64,000 nucleotides of DNA from an uncultured Clostridium sp. (GCA_930990555.1 CAKNPW010000005.1:3770-67769); one strand, 5' to 3'; positions 8,501 through 18,857 are shown, counted from the first letter of the stretch. The notes: generated from the letters alone by a model not told the origin. Numbers and translations: made by a program.

Positions 8501-9427
8501 TTATAAATAATCTTGTGGATTTAATGTTTTTCCATTTTTTCTTATTTCAAAATGTAAATGTGGTCCTGTAGAATTACCTGTAGATCCCACTGCTGCTATT
8601 GTATCACCTGCTAAAACTCTTGCACCTACTTTTACATATAACTTACTACAATGCCCATACCACATCTCATAACCATTGTCACACTCAATTTTTATTAAAT
8701 AACCGTATGAACCCTTATATCCTGAAAAAATTACTTTCCCTGAGGCTGCTGCCTTAATTGGTGTACCAGCTGAAGTTGCAATATCTAGACCAGTATGTGC
8801 ACTAGAACGCACTCTACTTCTTTCTCCATATCTTGATGTAATTTTTCCTCCTGAAATAGGTCTTACAGCAACAACAACTTTATTATTTGTTGTTGCAGAT
8901 TGACTTCTTGCTTCCTCTGCTTTTTTTACTTCTTCCTCAATTTGTGCTACTTTTACATCTATATTTTCAGTTTTTAGTTTTGAAACAGCTACAGTTTCTT
9001 CAACTGTTTCTATTTTTTCTTTTTCAAATATCTGTTTTACTCCAATATTAAGTACTAGTTTATCTTTATATTCATTTTGTAAATCTGCTACAATCTTATC
9101 TGCTTCTTCTTCTGTTCCAACATATGTCTTTATTTCATCATCTATTGTTATTCCATATGCTGTGTATGTTGTAGAAATATTCTCTTTTATTTTTTCTAGT
9201 ACTTCTTCTTTTTTTGAAGTTTTATTGCTTACGAATTTAGGTTCGTATTTTGTTTCTACTTCTAGATTTCTAAAAGCAACCCCTTCCTCTTTACTTTCTA
9301 TATAACTATTTATTTCCTCTTCTATTTCATACTTGTTTGTTACATATCCAATTACTTCACCATTTGCTGTTACTTTAAACAAAATGTTATATCTTATTAA
9401 GATAACTGTAAATAATATTAACAACAT
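8501..9427 (-). CDS. M23 (LytM-type) metallopeptidase, membrane anchored
   Basis: The C-terminal domain carries HTGLDIA ... GSTGNSTGPHLHFEIR. The in-frame region upstream of the ATG continues the hydrophobic helix, so the true start may be a non-ATG codon near 9500. Confidence 0.85.
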   Translation of the reverse strand: MLLILFTVILIRYNILFKVTANGEVIGYVTNKYEIEEEINSYIESKEEGVAFRNLEVETKYEPKFVSNKTSKKEEVLEKIKENISTTYTAYGITIDDEIKTYVGTEEEADKIVADLQNEYKDKLVLNIGVKQIFEKEKIETVEETVAVSKLKTENIDVKVAQIEEEVKKAEEARSQSATTNNKVVVAVRPISGGKITSRYGERSRVRSSAHTGLDIATSAGTPIKAAASGKVIFSGYKGSYGYLIKIECDNGYEMWYGHCSKLYVKVGARVLAGDTIAAVGSTGNSTGPHLHFEIRKNGKTLNPQDYL

Positions 9428-9535
9428 TATAGCAAAAATCTCTGTAAATTTTATTATCTCTTTTGTGTGAATTTGTCTATGTTCTTTTAAAATACTTATT
9501 CACTCTCCTTTAATTTCTACACACAAGTATTATTT

Positions 9536-9564
9536 ATTATACTATATATTTTATGTTTTTTCAA
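9536..9564 (-). promoter_or_regulatory. Consensus sigma-A promoter for the M23 peptidase gene
   Basis: The minus strand reads TTGAAA (9564-9559), exactly 17 nt of spacer, then TATAAT (9541-9536). Confidence 0.5.
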
Positions 9565-9699
9565 TTTATGTATACATTATTTTTATACCTTTTCTTTTTT
9601 TTGAATAAATTTTTCCTTATTTTGTTAAAATTTACTATATTTATCTCTTTTTTTCTCCTGTTTTCTTTTGTTTTTAGACTTTTTTATGTTTTAAACACA

Positions 9700-9742
9700 T
9701 CAAAAAACGAATGCCAAACAGAATAATTTGTTTGCATTCGTC
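9700..9742 (-). terminator. Intrinsic terminator of the DUF2207 gene
   Basis: The minus strand reads ACGAATGCAAACA, loop, TGTTTGGCATTCGT, TTTTTTG. Confidence 0.8.
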
Positions 9743-9764
9743 AAAATTTATTTTTTCTTATGAA

Positions 9765-11771
9765 TTATCGTCCTCCCATTCCGACCGTCCGCCGCCACCG
9801 GCCTCCGCCTCCAGAAGAGAATCCTCCTCCACCTCCAGCTGAAAATCCTCCACCTGAAGATGCATAATGTGCTGTAAGTGTTGATGTCATAGTTCTATAT
9901 GAACTATGTATAGTGCTTGTAAAATTTGAAAAATTACAATTAGTTCCAACATAAATTGGATTACATGCCATATCAATAATTCCTCTTGTTGTATACTTTT
10001 CAGAGGCTTCTTGCCAATATCCTTCTGTAAATACATATGGATATTTTGAATGTAATTCATCTATAACTTTTTCTTCCATACCAAAAGCTGTTGCAAATAC
10101 TAGATATTTTTCCCAAATAACTATATCAAAAGCACCTTTTTCATCTATTTTTGAACAATCTTTTAGGAATCTTGCAAGTCCTTCCCATTCTTCTTTTTCA
10201 TTTGCACCCTTTTGTGTAAGCTTATAAATATTATTCTTTGCTTTTTTACGAGCCATGTCCAATAATATTAACATTATTGCTATAGGTAATAATATTATTA
10301 CCGAATCTAAAAATATTCCTAATGTATCTATTCCCCACATTATAATATAGCTTAGTGATGACATTGGAATTAATCCAATTGCATTATATATTATAATTAA
10401 AAATATTATACCTGCCCATACTATAGGTACTATACTATTAGATTTATCATATAATTTTTCTTTTCGTTTATCTATTATTTCTTCTTCATATAAATTTTTC
10501 TTTATATTAGATATCATTCTAGTAACATGATTGCTATATGTATCAAACCTTTCTTTAGCAAAATTTTTTAAGTCTTCAACTTCTATATAATCATTATTAC
10601 CTATTGCATCTTTTATCAATTTATATATTTCTTTTTCATCATTTTTTAACCCTTCCCCTGTTTTTACAATTGAAATATTTATCCTTTTCTTATATTTTTC
10701 AAATGCTATATATCCTTTTAGGCATAAATTTAATATATTGGCTGCTACTACATCAGATTGTTTTCCATCTGTCCAATTAAAGTTATTTGTAAAATAATAT
10801 AAAAATGCAGCTTCACCAGGGGTAGAATCTCCTTCTCTTGGTATATCTCTAAAATATTGTATTTTCGTCCTTTCTATTCCATCATTATTTTCTTGTCCTA
10901 TTTTAAAATAAGTCACAAAATTTTTTATAATACATATAAGTATTACAATATATATTAAAATTAATATTCCAAAAAATATTCTATATGTCAATATATCCGC
11001 ATTTGTATCAATAGACCATTGATTTTCTTCTGTTATAATATTGTTTAACATTCTATAATTAAAAACATTATTTTGAACATTAAAGATTTTATCAGCTGTA
11101 ACTATACGAACCTCTATCATATTTCCACTATTAAGGTTATTTGCGTAAAATTCGACCTCATTCGTGCTTGTTCTGTTAATTTCTCCATTTATATTTCCAT
11201 GTCCCCAAACCTTTAAATTTTCAATGTCATTTACATTTTTAGCTAATGTTATTTTTCCTTCAATTCTTTTACATGGTATGTTATTTGATTCATCTAAAAA
11301 TTTCCAATAAAATTCTTGACAGTCTGTATATGAGTTTATAACATTTTCTATTTTATATGAAATCTGAAATTTTACATTACCAGATGAATAACTTTTTCCA
11401 GTTCCAAAAGCTACTTCAACAGTATCATAATCTATGTTTTCTGCATAATAGCTTCCTTCTGGCACATTATAAATATAATATTCTAGATTTCTTAAAGATT
11501 CATTTGTATTTAAATTTTTTACATATACATCTGATATTGGGTATTTATTTGTATTATAAAAGTCTTTAAATAATGTTCCTGTGTTTTTTACATACACATC
11601 CCATATTTCGGTAACATTCATACTTCCATCTTCGTTTAATTTTACTAAATATTCTAGTTTGTTCATTACTTGTGCTTTTTCAAAACTAGCACTTGTTGCA
11701 ATTCCTATAAGGAAACAAATAACTATTACTACTACTATATAGATTATCCAATTTCTTAAATATTTTTTCAT
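9765..11771 (-). CDS. DUF2207-family membrane protein
   Basis: 668 aa with an N-terminal signal anchor, an extracellular domain, mid and C-terminal TM helices, and the glycine-rich tail typical of the family (SSGGGFSAGGGGGFSSGGGG). Confidence 0.75.
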   Translation of the reverse strand: MKKYLRNWIIYIVVVIVICFLIGIATSASFEKAQVMNKLEYLVKLNEDGSMNVTEIWDVYVKNTGTLFKDFYNTNKYPISDVYVKNLNTNESLRNLEYYIYNVPEGSYYAENIDYDTVEVAFGTGKSYSSGNVKFQISYKIENVINSYTDCQEFYWKFLDESNNIPCKRIEGKITLAKNVNDIENLKVWGHGNINGEINRTSTNEVEFYANNLNSGNMIEVRIVTADKIFNVQNNVFNYRMLNNIITEENQWSIDTNADILTYRIFFGILILIYIVILICIIKNFVTYFKIGQENNDGIERTKIQYFRDIPREGDSTPGEAAFLYYFTNNFNWTDGKQSDVVAANILNLCLKGYIAFEKYKKRINISIVKTGEGLKNDEKEIYKLIKDAIGNNDYIEVEDLKNFAKERFDTYSNHVTRMISNIKKNLYEEEIIDKRKEKLYDKSNSIVPIVWAGIIFLIIIYNAIGLIPMSSLSYIIMWGIDTLGIFLDSVIILLPIAIMLILLDMARKKAKNNIYKLTQKGANEKEEWEGLARFLKDCSKIDEKGAFDIVIWEKYLVFATAFGMEEKVIDELHSKYPYVFTEGYWQEASEKYTTRGIIDMACNPIYVGTNCNFSNFTSTIHSSYRTMTSTLTAHYASSGGGFSAGGGGGFSSGGGGRWRRTVGMGGR

Positions 11772-11775
11772 AATA

Positions 11776-12451
11776 TTAATGGTTTCCTCCTACATAAAAC
11801 ATACTTGCAAGTTTCGAAATTGGCATAGATTGTATCCATACTGTTCCTGGTCCTTTTAAAGTTGTTAAAAATAAACCTTCTCCTCCAAATACTATATTTT
11901 TAACTCCTTTTACTGTTTCAATATTTAAATCCACTCCACTTGTCATTGCTGCAACATACCCATTATCCACTTTTAATTTTTGCCCAGCAATTAATTCACG
12001 TTTATATATTGCCCCATCTAGTTCTAGAAATACTTTTCCAGGTCCTTGAAATTTTTGCATTATAAAGCCTTCTCCTCCGAAAAAAACCTGCTCCTATTCT
12101 CTTTCTAAAATGCATAGAAATATCTACTGTTGGTTCTGCACACAAAAATGCTCTTTTTTGTGCAATAATTGTTTCCCCTTCCTTTAAGTCAAATTCTAAT
12201 ATTTGACCTGGAAATGAAGATGCAAATGCAATTTCTACATCATCTTGCTCTGCTGTATATACATTCATAAAAATAGATTCACCCGCTAAAGCTCTTCCTA
12301 AGCCTTTCATAATTCCACCATTTGTAGTTGTTTTCATTTTTATTCCATCATCCATCCAGCTCATTCCACCATTTTCTGTTACTACAGATTCTCCTTGTTT
12401 TAATTTACACACTACATATGGTAGTTCTTCGCCATTAATCTTTGCTTCCAT
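11776..12451 (-). pseudogene. AIM24/TIGR00266 (DUF124)-family gene interrupted by a +1 frameshift in an A7/T7 run
   Basis: ORFs 12002-12451 and 11776-12060 join as ...FRKRIGAGFF|GGEGFIMQKFQGPGKVFLELDG if one T is removed from the run at 12080-12086. Confidence 0.75.
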
Positions 12452-12514
12452 ACATACTCCCCCTTTATTTTTTTTTCATTTTAACATACTTGTTTTTTAT
12501 AAACAATATATACA

Positions 12515-12548
12515 TCAAAAAACTAGAGTAGTGATACTCTAGTTTTTA
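12515..12548 (-). terminator. Intrinsic terminator downstream of spoVG (symmetric)
   Basis: AAAACTAGAGTA, GTGA loop, TACTCTAGTTTT. Confidence 0.7.
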
Positions 12549-12571
12549 GTAATTGTTTTTATTAAATTATA

Positions 12572-12606
12572 AATATAGCAAACGAAATCAAAGATTTCGA
12601 CCATAA
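12572..12606 (-). repeat. Family-2 repeat, partial copy C (inner hairpin only)
   Basis: The minus strand reads GGTCGAAATCTTTGATTTCGTTTGCTATATT. It matches the CGAAATCTTTGATTT core and the GCTATATT tail of copy B but lacks the AAGGTGGG arm. Confidence 0.5.
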
Positions 12607-12617
12607 TTAAATTTATA

Positions 12618-12926
12618 TTATTCTGCTGATTCTGCTGTTTCTTCAGATTCTTCGTTTTTTACTTCTTCTTCTACATCAGGAGTTTCGTTATATTTTTCAA
12701 GTATAGCACTTTGAATTTTCTCCCTTGTTTCAGCATTAATTGGATGAGCTACATCTCTAAACTCTCCATTTTGTGTTTTTTTACTTGGCATAGCTATAAA
12801 TAATCCATCCTTTTCGATAACTTTTATGTCGTGTACAACGAATTCGTTATCGAATGTTACAGAAGCTACTGCTTTCATTTTGTTTCCTGAATTTACTTTC
12901 TTTAAACGTACATTTGTGATTTGCAT
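12618..12926 (-). CDS. spoVG: Septation/sporulation regulator SpoVG
   Basis: [50 protein letters not shown] is canonical SpoVG. I chose the start at the internal ATG 12926 with a GGAAGG RBS. Confidence 0.9.
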   Translation of the reverse strand: MQITNVRLKKVNSGNKMKAVASVTFDNEFVVHDIKVIEKDGLFIAMPSKKTQNGEFRDVAHPINAETREKIQSAILEKYNETPDVEEEVKNEESEETAESAE

Positions 12927-13141
12927 TTGAGCACCGCCTTCCAAAGTTTTAAATAATTTTATTGTACATTTAATATGTACAACTATATTATTCTTCAAAA
13001 AAAACTTTTTTCCTTCTATTTTTTCAAAATTATTTATTTTTTAACATTTTTGAAATATTTATCATAAAATAGTAATAATTATATTGAAAAAAAAACATAA
13101 TAATTATATAATCTTACATGTTAAATATAGGAGGGATTCAA

Positions 13142-14527
13142 ATGCCTAATCTTAACTTAATAAAAAAATATAATAAAGTACATATGATTGGAATTGGTGG
13201 TGTCAGCATGAGTGGAATTGCCGAAATTCTTCATTATTTCGGCGTAACTGTAACTGGTTCAGACATGGCTGATTCTGAAATAATTAAAAAATTACAAAAA
13301 AATGGTATTCAGGTAACAATAGGTCATGATTTCGAAAATTTAGCAAAAGCAGATATCGTTGTTTATTCTGCTGCCATAAATGAAAATGACCCTGAAATGC
13401 AAAAAGCAAAAGAATTAAATATTCCAACTTGTGAAAGATGTGATTTTTTAGGAATGCTTACAAAAGCTTTTAATGATACTATTGGTATTTCTGGCACTCA
13501 TGGAAAAACTACTACTACTTCCCTTGTATCTTTATGCTTTTTAGAAGCTGGTTTAGACCCAAGTATTCAAGTAGGTGCAATATTAAAAGCTATAGATGGA
13601 AATTATAAAGTAGGTTCTAGTGAACATTTTATAATAGAAGCTTGTGAATATGTAGAAAGTTTTCTTAAGTTTTCACCTAAAGCTGAAATTATATTAAATA
13701 TAGATAATGATCATTTAGATTACTTTAAAACATTTGAAAATATAAAAAATGCATTTATAAAATATGTAAAAATTATTCCAAATAATGGTTTACTTGTTGT
13801 TAATGGTGACGATCACAATTGTTTAGATTTATTACAATATACTAATGCAACAAAATTAACATATGGAATTACTAATAAAAATACTGACTTTTTTGCAGTA
13901 AATATTGTATTTGATAATAACGGTTTTCCTGCTTTTGATGTGTACAAAAAAGATAAATTTTTTGAAAGAATACAATTAAAAATTCCAGGAATGCATAATG
14001 TCTTAAATGCATTAGCTTGTATTGCTCTTTGTGATTATTATGGAATTGATAAAAAATATATAAAATCAGCTTTACAAAAATTTACAGGTGCTCACAGAAG
14101 ATTTGAATATAAAGGTACAATAAATGGTGCCACTGTTTTTGATGATTATGGTCATCATCCAACAGAAATTATAGCAACTGCAAAAGCTTTAATGAATAAA
14201 AAATATAATAAATCTTGGGTTGTTTTCCAACCTCATACTTATAGCAGGACTAAAACATTATTAAACGATTTTGCAAAAGCTTTATTAAATTTTGATAACA
14301 TTATTGTTACTGACATATATGCAGCAAGAGAAACCAATAGATTTGGTGTATCATCACAAGATTTAGTTGATAAAATAATTTCTTTAGGAAAGAAAGCTAT
14401 TTATATACAAAATTTTGATGATATTATCCATTATTTAAAAGAAAATGTTAAAGAAAATGATATTATTTTAACTTTGGGAGCTGGAACTGTAACAAAAATT
14501 TCAGATAAATTAGTAGAAGAGAATTAG
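13142..14527 (+). CDS. murC: UDP-N-acetylmuramate--L-alanine ligase
   Basis: HMIGIGGVSMSGIAEIL and GISGTHGKTTTTS are Mur ligase motifs. The start at 13142 follows AGGAGGG. Confidence 0.92.
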   Translation: MPNLNLIKKYNKVHMIGIGGVSMSGIAEILHYFGVTVTGSDMADSEIIKKLQKNGIQVTIGHDFENLAKADIVVYSAAINENDPEMQKAKELNIPTCERCDFLGMLTKAFNDTIGISGTHGKTTTTSLVSLCFLEAGLDPSIQVGAILKAIDGNYKVGSSEHFIIEACEYVESFLKFSPKAEIILNIDNDHLDYFKTFENIKNAFIKYVKIIPNNGLLVVNGDDHNCLDLLQYTNATKLTYGITNKNTDFFAVNIVFDNNGFPAFDVYKKDKFFERIQLKIPGMHNVLNALACIALCDYYGIDKKYIKSALQKFTGAHRRFEYKGTINGATVFDDYGHHPTEIIATAKALMNKKYNKSWVVFQPHTYSRTKTLLNDFAKALLNFDNIIVTDIYAARETNRFGVSSQDLVDKIISLGKKAIYIQNFDDIIHYLKENVKENDIILTLGAGTVTKISDKLVEEN

Positions 14528-14532
14528 TAAAT

Positions 14533-15765
14533 CTAATTCTCTTCTACTTCTTTCATTTGTTTTAACATTGTGTCTGCAAATATTCCATATCCTTTTTCAG
14601 GATTATTAACCATAACATGAGTAACAGCTCCTACAAATTTTCCATCTTGAATTATTGGTGACCCACTCATTCCCTGTATTATTCCTCCTGTTTTTTCTAA
14701 TAGTCTTTGGTCTGTTACTCTTATTATCATATTTTTATTTGATCTGTTTGTTGATGTATATACTTTTTCTATTTCGATTTCATATTCTTCTTGTTTATTA
14801 TCATCTAACGTACATAGTATAGTTGCTTTTCCTTCTTTTACTTCATCTCTAGGCATTACTTCCATTACTTTGTCACTAGTTTGTGTAAGCGAATCTACAT
14901 TATTTAATTTCCCATAAATTCCAAAATTAGTATTTTTATATACTTCACCTATAACTTTTCCATTATCTATACTCCCTTGCAATTCGCCAGGTTTTCCTTT
15001 TTCTCCTTTTACAATAGATACTATTTTACTTGTTACTATATCTCCTCTTGCTATATCTATTAATTCTTCTGTATCTACATCTAATATTCCATGTCCTAAA
15101 GCTCCAAATTCGCCTGTATTTGGATCATAAAAACTTATTGTTCCAACTCCAGAAGCAGCATCCCTAACCCATAAGCCTAATTTGTATTCATTATCACTAG
15201 TTTTAGTTGGTAAAATCTGTGTATTATAGTCAGTTCCATCTCTAACATATGTTATATTTATATAATTACCATTTGATTCATTTACCTTTGTAATTAAATC
15301 AGAAGTACAAGTAATTGCTTCATTATCTATCTTAGTTATCATATCTCCTTCTTTTATTCCAGAATTTTTATAAGGAGTATAATTATTATTATCTTGTCCT
15401 TGTATTTCTGACATTCCTACTACTAAAACTCCACTTGTATATAATCTAAGACCTATTGTTTCTCCACCTGGAATTACAACTGTATTTGGTATTACATTTA
15501 CTGTTAAATCCTTCACTGAAAAACCAGCTAAATTCAACGATAAATCCACCTTACCTATCTTATTACTTACTTTTGTATCGTCTGAATTAACAGCTTCTAT
15601 TGTTTCTCCATTTAGATTTGATATACTTAGTCCTAATAATGTTTTTATATTTAAGTTTTCACCTTGCATTAAAATTAAATTATTTGGAATAGAGCTAATG
15701 TTACTTACATATAATAATATAACAAATAAGATTAAAATTAATAAAATTTTTTTAAAATTTTTCAT
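14533..15765 (-). CDS. spoIVB: SpoIVB stage IV sporulation serine peptidase (S55)
   Basis: N-terminal anchor, PDZ-like GDMITKIDNEAI, GTISFYDPNTGEFGALGHGI and GMSGSPI. Confidence 0.88.
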   Translation of the reverse strand: MKNFKKILLILILFVILLYVSNISSIPNNLILMQGENLNIKTLLGLSISNLNGETIEAVNSDDTKVSNKIGKVDLSLNLAGFSVKDLTVNVIPNTVVIPGGETIGLRLYTSGVLVVGMSEIQGQDNNNYTPYKNSGIKEGDMITKIDNEAITCTSDLITKVNESNGNYINITYVRDGTDYNTQILPTKTSDNEYKLGLWVRDAASGVGTISFYDPNTGEFGALGHGILDVDTEELIDIARGDIVTSKIVSIVKGEKGKPGELQGSIDNGKVIGEVYKNTNFGIYGKLNNVDSLTQTSDKVMEVMPRDEVKEGKATILCTLDDNKQEEYEIEIEKVYTSTNRSNKNMIIRVTDQRLLEKTGGIIQGMSGSPIIQDGKFVGAVTHVMVNNPEKGYGIFADTMLKQMKEVEEN

Positions 15766-15867
15766 AATATAAAACCTCTATAGTATATATTTTGTACTAT
15801 TTTTATAAGTTTCATACTAGAAAGGTTTTACTATAAAATTTTATATATTTTAACTTACCAAATTTTT

Positions 15868-15902
15868 CAAAAAAATATAGATACCATTTAAAGTATCTAT
15901 AT
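15868..15902 (-). terminator. Intrinsic terminator ending the pilus-like operon
   Basis: The minus strand reads ATATAGATAC, loop, GTATCTATAT, TTTTTTG. Confidence 0.7.
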
Positions 15903-15960
15903 TTTTATATTTGCTTCGTCCAATTACACCTTTAAAAGAAATTGTGAATTATATATTAAT

Positions 15961-17589
15961 TTAGCTTAATGCTAAGCTCTTATATGAATTGCATCGTTCT
16001 CTAAACAATGCTGTATAATATGCTTTTCTTATGTTCATTGGTGCAGAATTTAATATTGTATCTAAATCTGTCGTATAATTTCCTGCCCCTGTATCTACTT
16101 CATTAGTTCCATTTGATGATGTTATCTCTGATGAAGTTACAATGCATGCATAATCTGCTGTAGCTGTACCATGAGGAAAATAATTCTTGGTTGTTCCATC
16201 ATTGGCAACATAACTTTGTGCATCAAAATCTGTATTTCTATATCCCATAATATTTCCAGATAAACTAGCGGTAAGATGCCTAACATCATGGTATTGATTA
16301 TTATTTTTATCTAATATATATATTAATTTTGGATCAACAAATTCCCTGTTTTTATTATTTGTTACAATACTATATCCCATATAATAGCCATTACCAATAT
16401 TCTGACCTTGCATAAATGAAATTAAACACGTATTACTTAATATCATACTCCACTCATTTTCTGTAAGTGTTGGCATTTTAGCTGGATGTGTAGAATTTTC
16501 ATTAAATTTTGCAATTGTTGTTTCCAAATTTGTTGTTATAGAATTTCTTATAACTTGTTGCTTATGTTGGTTAAAAGTATTTAGCATCGTTCCATCAGTT
16601 GCCCCAAAATCTATTAATGTTTGATTTGCAACATTACCTGTAATACCTAAATCTTCTTTATTTACACCTACAATGTCCCCTAAAGTAATTCCATCTAAAA
16701 TACTTCTAATATTATTAGTAAAAGTGTATGCATCCTGTAAATATTTTTGAGCACTTGTATCTTCTTGATAAGTATTCCCTAATTGGTTTCTCATATTTTC
16801 ATCTACATAATTTAAAGTGCCATCAACATTATACTTATACCATCTACTACCATCCCAATAGGCTTTTTCTCTTCTACCATTAGAATTTGTAAAATATGTA
16901 TAATTTAGTTGAGATGTTGAATTACTTTCATCTGCTGTACGATTAAATTCTGCTAAGTCTTCACTTTCTATTGAAATACTATCATATGTTGTTCCAGCAG
17001 CATTAGTTTTGGAAGTATCTATTAAAAAACCAGAATATGTTTGATAGTCATTTGCTCCATTTTTATAAAAAACTGTTATATAATTATCTAAAGTATAGTT
17101 TATTATTATATCTTTAGTTCCTTGTTTATATCTTGCAGAATAATATACATATGGTTTTAATCCAGTCGCTGATTCAGTCGAATTTAAATTTACATCAATT
17201 ACATTATTAGTTTCACCAGTTACTACATTATTATATTTTGTATATATATAATATCCATCATATAATGTATATACTAACGCTGGTATAAAACTTTGTAACT
17301 CTTCTTCTGAATAACCACTTTGTCCAAAATTTGTAGCCAAAGAATTATAAAATGTTGTTACAGATGCTTCAACATCTCTTATTTTTTCTTGTGCTATATT
17401 CTGCGTAGTACTATTTAATTCATTTATTTGGAATGCTTTTATAGCATCATAAGTTGCATTATTTAAAACAGTATCGTAATTTCCTTGTAAATTAATATAA
17501 TTTATTTGTACTTGCATATATAAAGACATTACTAATACTATTGGTATAACAATAATAGCAAATATTACTATCCAGCTTTGTAATTTCAT
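15961..17589 (-). CDS. Large pilin-like or tip-associated protein (542 aa), last gene of the pilus-like operon
   Basis: I chose the start at ATG 17589 (RBS AAAGGAA). The N-terminus MKLQSWIVIFAIIVIPIVLVMSL is a single hydrophobic helix. The remainder is N/T/S/Y-rich and predicted extracellular. Confidence 0.7.
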   Translation of the reverse strand: MKLQSWIVIFAIIVIPIVLVMSLYMQVQINYINLQGNYDTVLNNATYDAIKAFQINELNSTTQNIAQEKIRDVEASVTTFYNSLATNFGQSGYSEEELQSFIPALVYTLYDGYYIYTKYNNVVTGETNNVIDVNLNSTESATGLKPYVYYSARYKQGTKDIIINYTLDNYITVFYKNGANDYQTYSGFLIDTSKTNAAGTTYDSISIESEDLAEFNRTADESNSTSQLNYTYFTNSNGRREKAYWDGSRWYKYNVDGTLNYVDENMRNQLGNTYQEDTSAQKYLQDAYTFTNNIRSILDGITLGDIVGVNKEDLGITGNVANQTLIDFGATDGTMLNTFNQHKQQVIRNSITTNLETTIAKFNENSTHPAKMPTLTENEWSMILSNTCLISFMQGQNIGNGYYMGYSIVTNNKNREFVDPKLIYILDKNNNQYHDVRHLTASLSGNIMGYRNTDFDAQSYVANDGTTKNYFPHGTATADYACIVTSSEITSSNGTNEVDTGAGNYTTDLDTILNSAPMNIRKAYYTALFRERCNSYKSLALS

Positions 17590-17625
17590 CTTAATTCCTT
17601 TCTTTACTTTTGTAACTCTTTCATT

Positions 17626-17699
17626 ATACAAGAAATATTGCTACATATTTCTTGTATAATAAAAGAAAAAGGTGTTTTTTACAAGACACCCCTTATTTC
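17626..17699 (-). promoter_or_regulatory. Two hairpins inside the operon, ahead of the last gene: one terminator-like plus a 13-bp stem
   Basis: The minus strand reads AAGGGGUGU...ACACCUUUUUCUUUU (17699-17662), then ATACAAGAAATAT-GTAGCA-ATATTTCTTGTAT (17657-17626). Confidence 0.5.
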
Positions 17700-17706
17700 T
17701 TTTTAT

Positions 17707-18240
17707 CTAATTTCTTCCATTAACTGTAACAATTCCTCCATTTGATGCTCCTATTGTTGCAGAATCATTTCCTGTTACTCTATAGAAGAAATTTCTTAAT
17801 AGTTGAGAAATTGTTGTGTTTGTATTTTTTACATTAACAGATACAATATCTCCTTCTTTTAAGTATTTAGTATTATTGTTTGTTGCATCATTTAATTCTT
17901 CCATAATTTGTGTTGTATATTCTGTATAATACACATTTTCACCTATTTTTTCATACGCTGTTTGAGCTGTTTTCTTTCCTGGATTTTCATCTAATATTTT
18001 TACTTCTATTTCTACAACATATGTATTTCCTGTTGCATTAATTTCTTGTACAAACCTATTATAATCTGCTAATGTTATTCTTCCTGTAGAACGAATGTTG
18101 TCTACAAATGTAGTTGTACTATTTTGTACAGATAATTGTGAAACATCATCACTACGATCAGCAACTGACATTAAGGGAAAAATAAACATTAATACAGCTG
18201 CTAATACTATAGCCAAAATTGTAACTACTGTATCTCCCAT
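17707..18240 (-). CDS. Pilin-like protein (177 aa)
   Basis: The N-terminus MGDTVVTILAIVLAAVLMFIFPLMSV is a helix starting at residue 4. The gene is translationally coupled within the operon. Confidence 0.7.
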   Translation of the reverse strand: MGDTVVTILAIVLAAVLMFIFPLMSVADRSDDVSQLSVQNSTTTFVDNIRSTGRITLADYNRFVQEINATGNTYVVEIEVKILDENPGKKTAQTAYEKIGENVYYTEYTTQIMEELNDATNNNTKYLKEGDIVSVNVKNTNTTISQLLRNFFYRVTGNDSATIGASNGGIVTVNGRN

Positions 18241-18269
18241 TTTACATTACCTCCTATTTCCCTTTTTAA

Positions 18270-18857
18270 TTATTTTAATGTGTATGTTATTACTCTTTTA
18301 TATTGTTTATTTATATCTGGAACTAATTCATTAGTATCTTGACTTTCTTCATAATCTTCTATTGTACCTAGTTTTTCATCAAATTGTCTATCTTTATAAT
18401 TGTCTAATAAGTATTCAACCACATCATCCACATGTTGCTTTATCTTAGCATTATTACCTCTCCATTCTTCATATCTAGTTACACCATTTTCTTCCCAATG
18501 TTCTGTATCTAAATCTAAATCATTTTTCCATATATTTGTTCCACTAGCATTTTTTTGCCCACTTTGATATACATTTAATGCTGTTCCATTTGAATTATAA
18601 AATTGTACAGCATAGTCCTCTTGGGCATATCTATATAATGTTAGAATTATATCTGATAATGTAACTGTTCTTGAAAATGATCTTGTTTCACCTTCTGTAA
18701 GTTCTATATACTGGTAAGATTCCTGCCTATCCTGATTCTGTACTAAAGCATCTGCAGTTGTTTTAGCCTGCGTAAGAGTAATCATGGTAATAGATAAGGC
18801 AATTATAAATAATAACATAAAGCCCGCCATTTTTAATGCTTCTACTGCATTCTCCAT
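18270..18857 (-). CDS. Pilin-like protein (195 aa), TadE-like N-terminus
   Basis: MENAVEALKMAGFMLLFIIALSITMITL resembles the mature N-terminus of Flp/TadE pilins (xAVE[FY]AL). Confidence 0.7.
   Translation of the reverse strand: MENAVEALKMAGFMLLFIIALSITMITLTQAKTTADALVQNQDRQESYQYIELTEGETRSFSRTVTLSDIILTLYRYAQEDYAVQFYNSNGTALNVYQSGQKNASGTNIWKNDLDLDTEHWEENGVTRYEEWRGNNAKIKQHVDDVVEYLLDNYKDRQFDEKLGTIEDYEESQDTNELVPDINKQYKRVITYTLK

Noticed and set aside
9765-9870. A GC-rich, repetitive stretch (ggaggtggagg-type) at the 3' end of the DUF2207 gene, which might be a tandem DNA repeat or G-quadruplex-like element.
   Set aside because: It encodes the glycine-rich C-terminal tail (SSGGGFSAGGGGGFSSGGGG) characteristic of DUF2207 proteins. 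It is explained by coding constraints.
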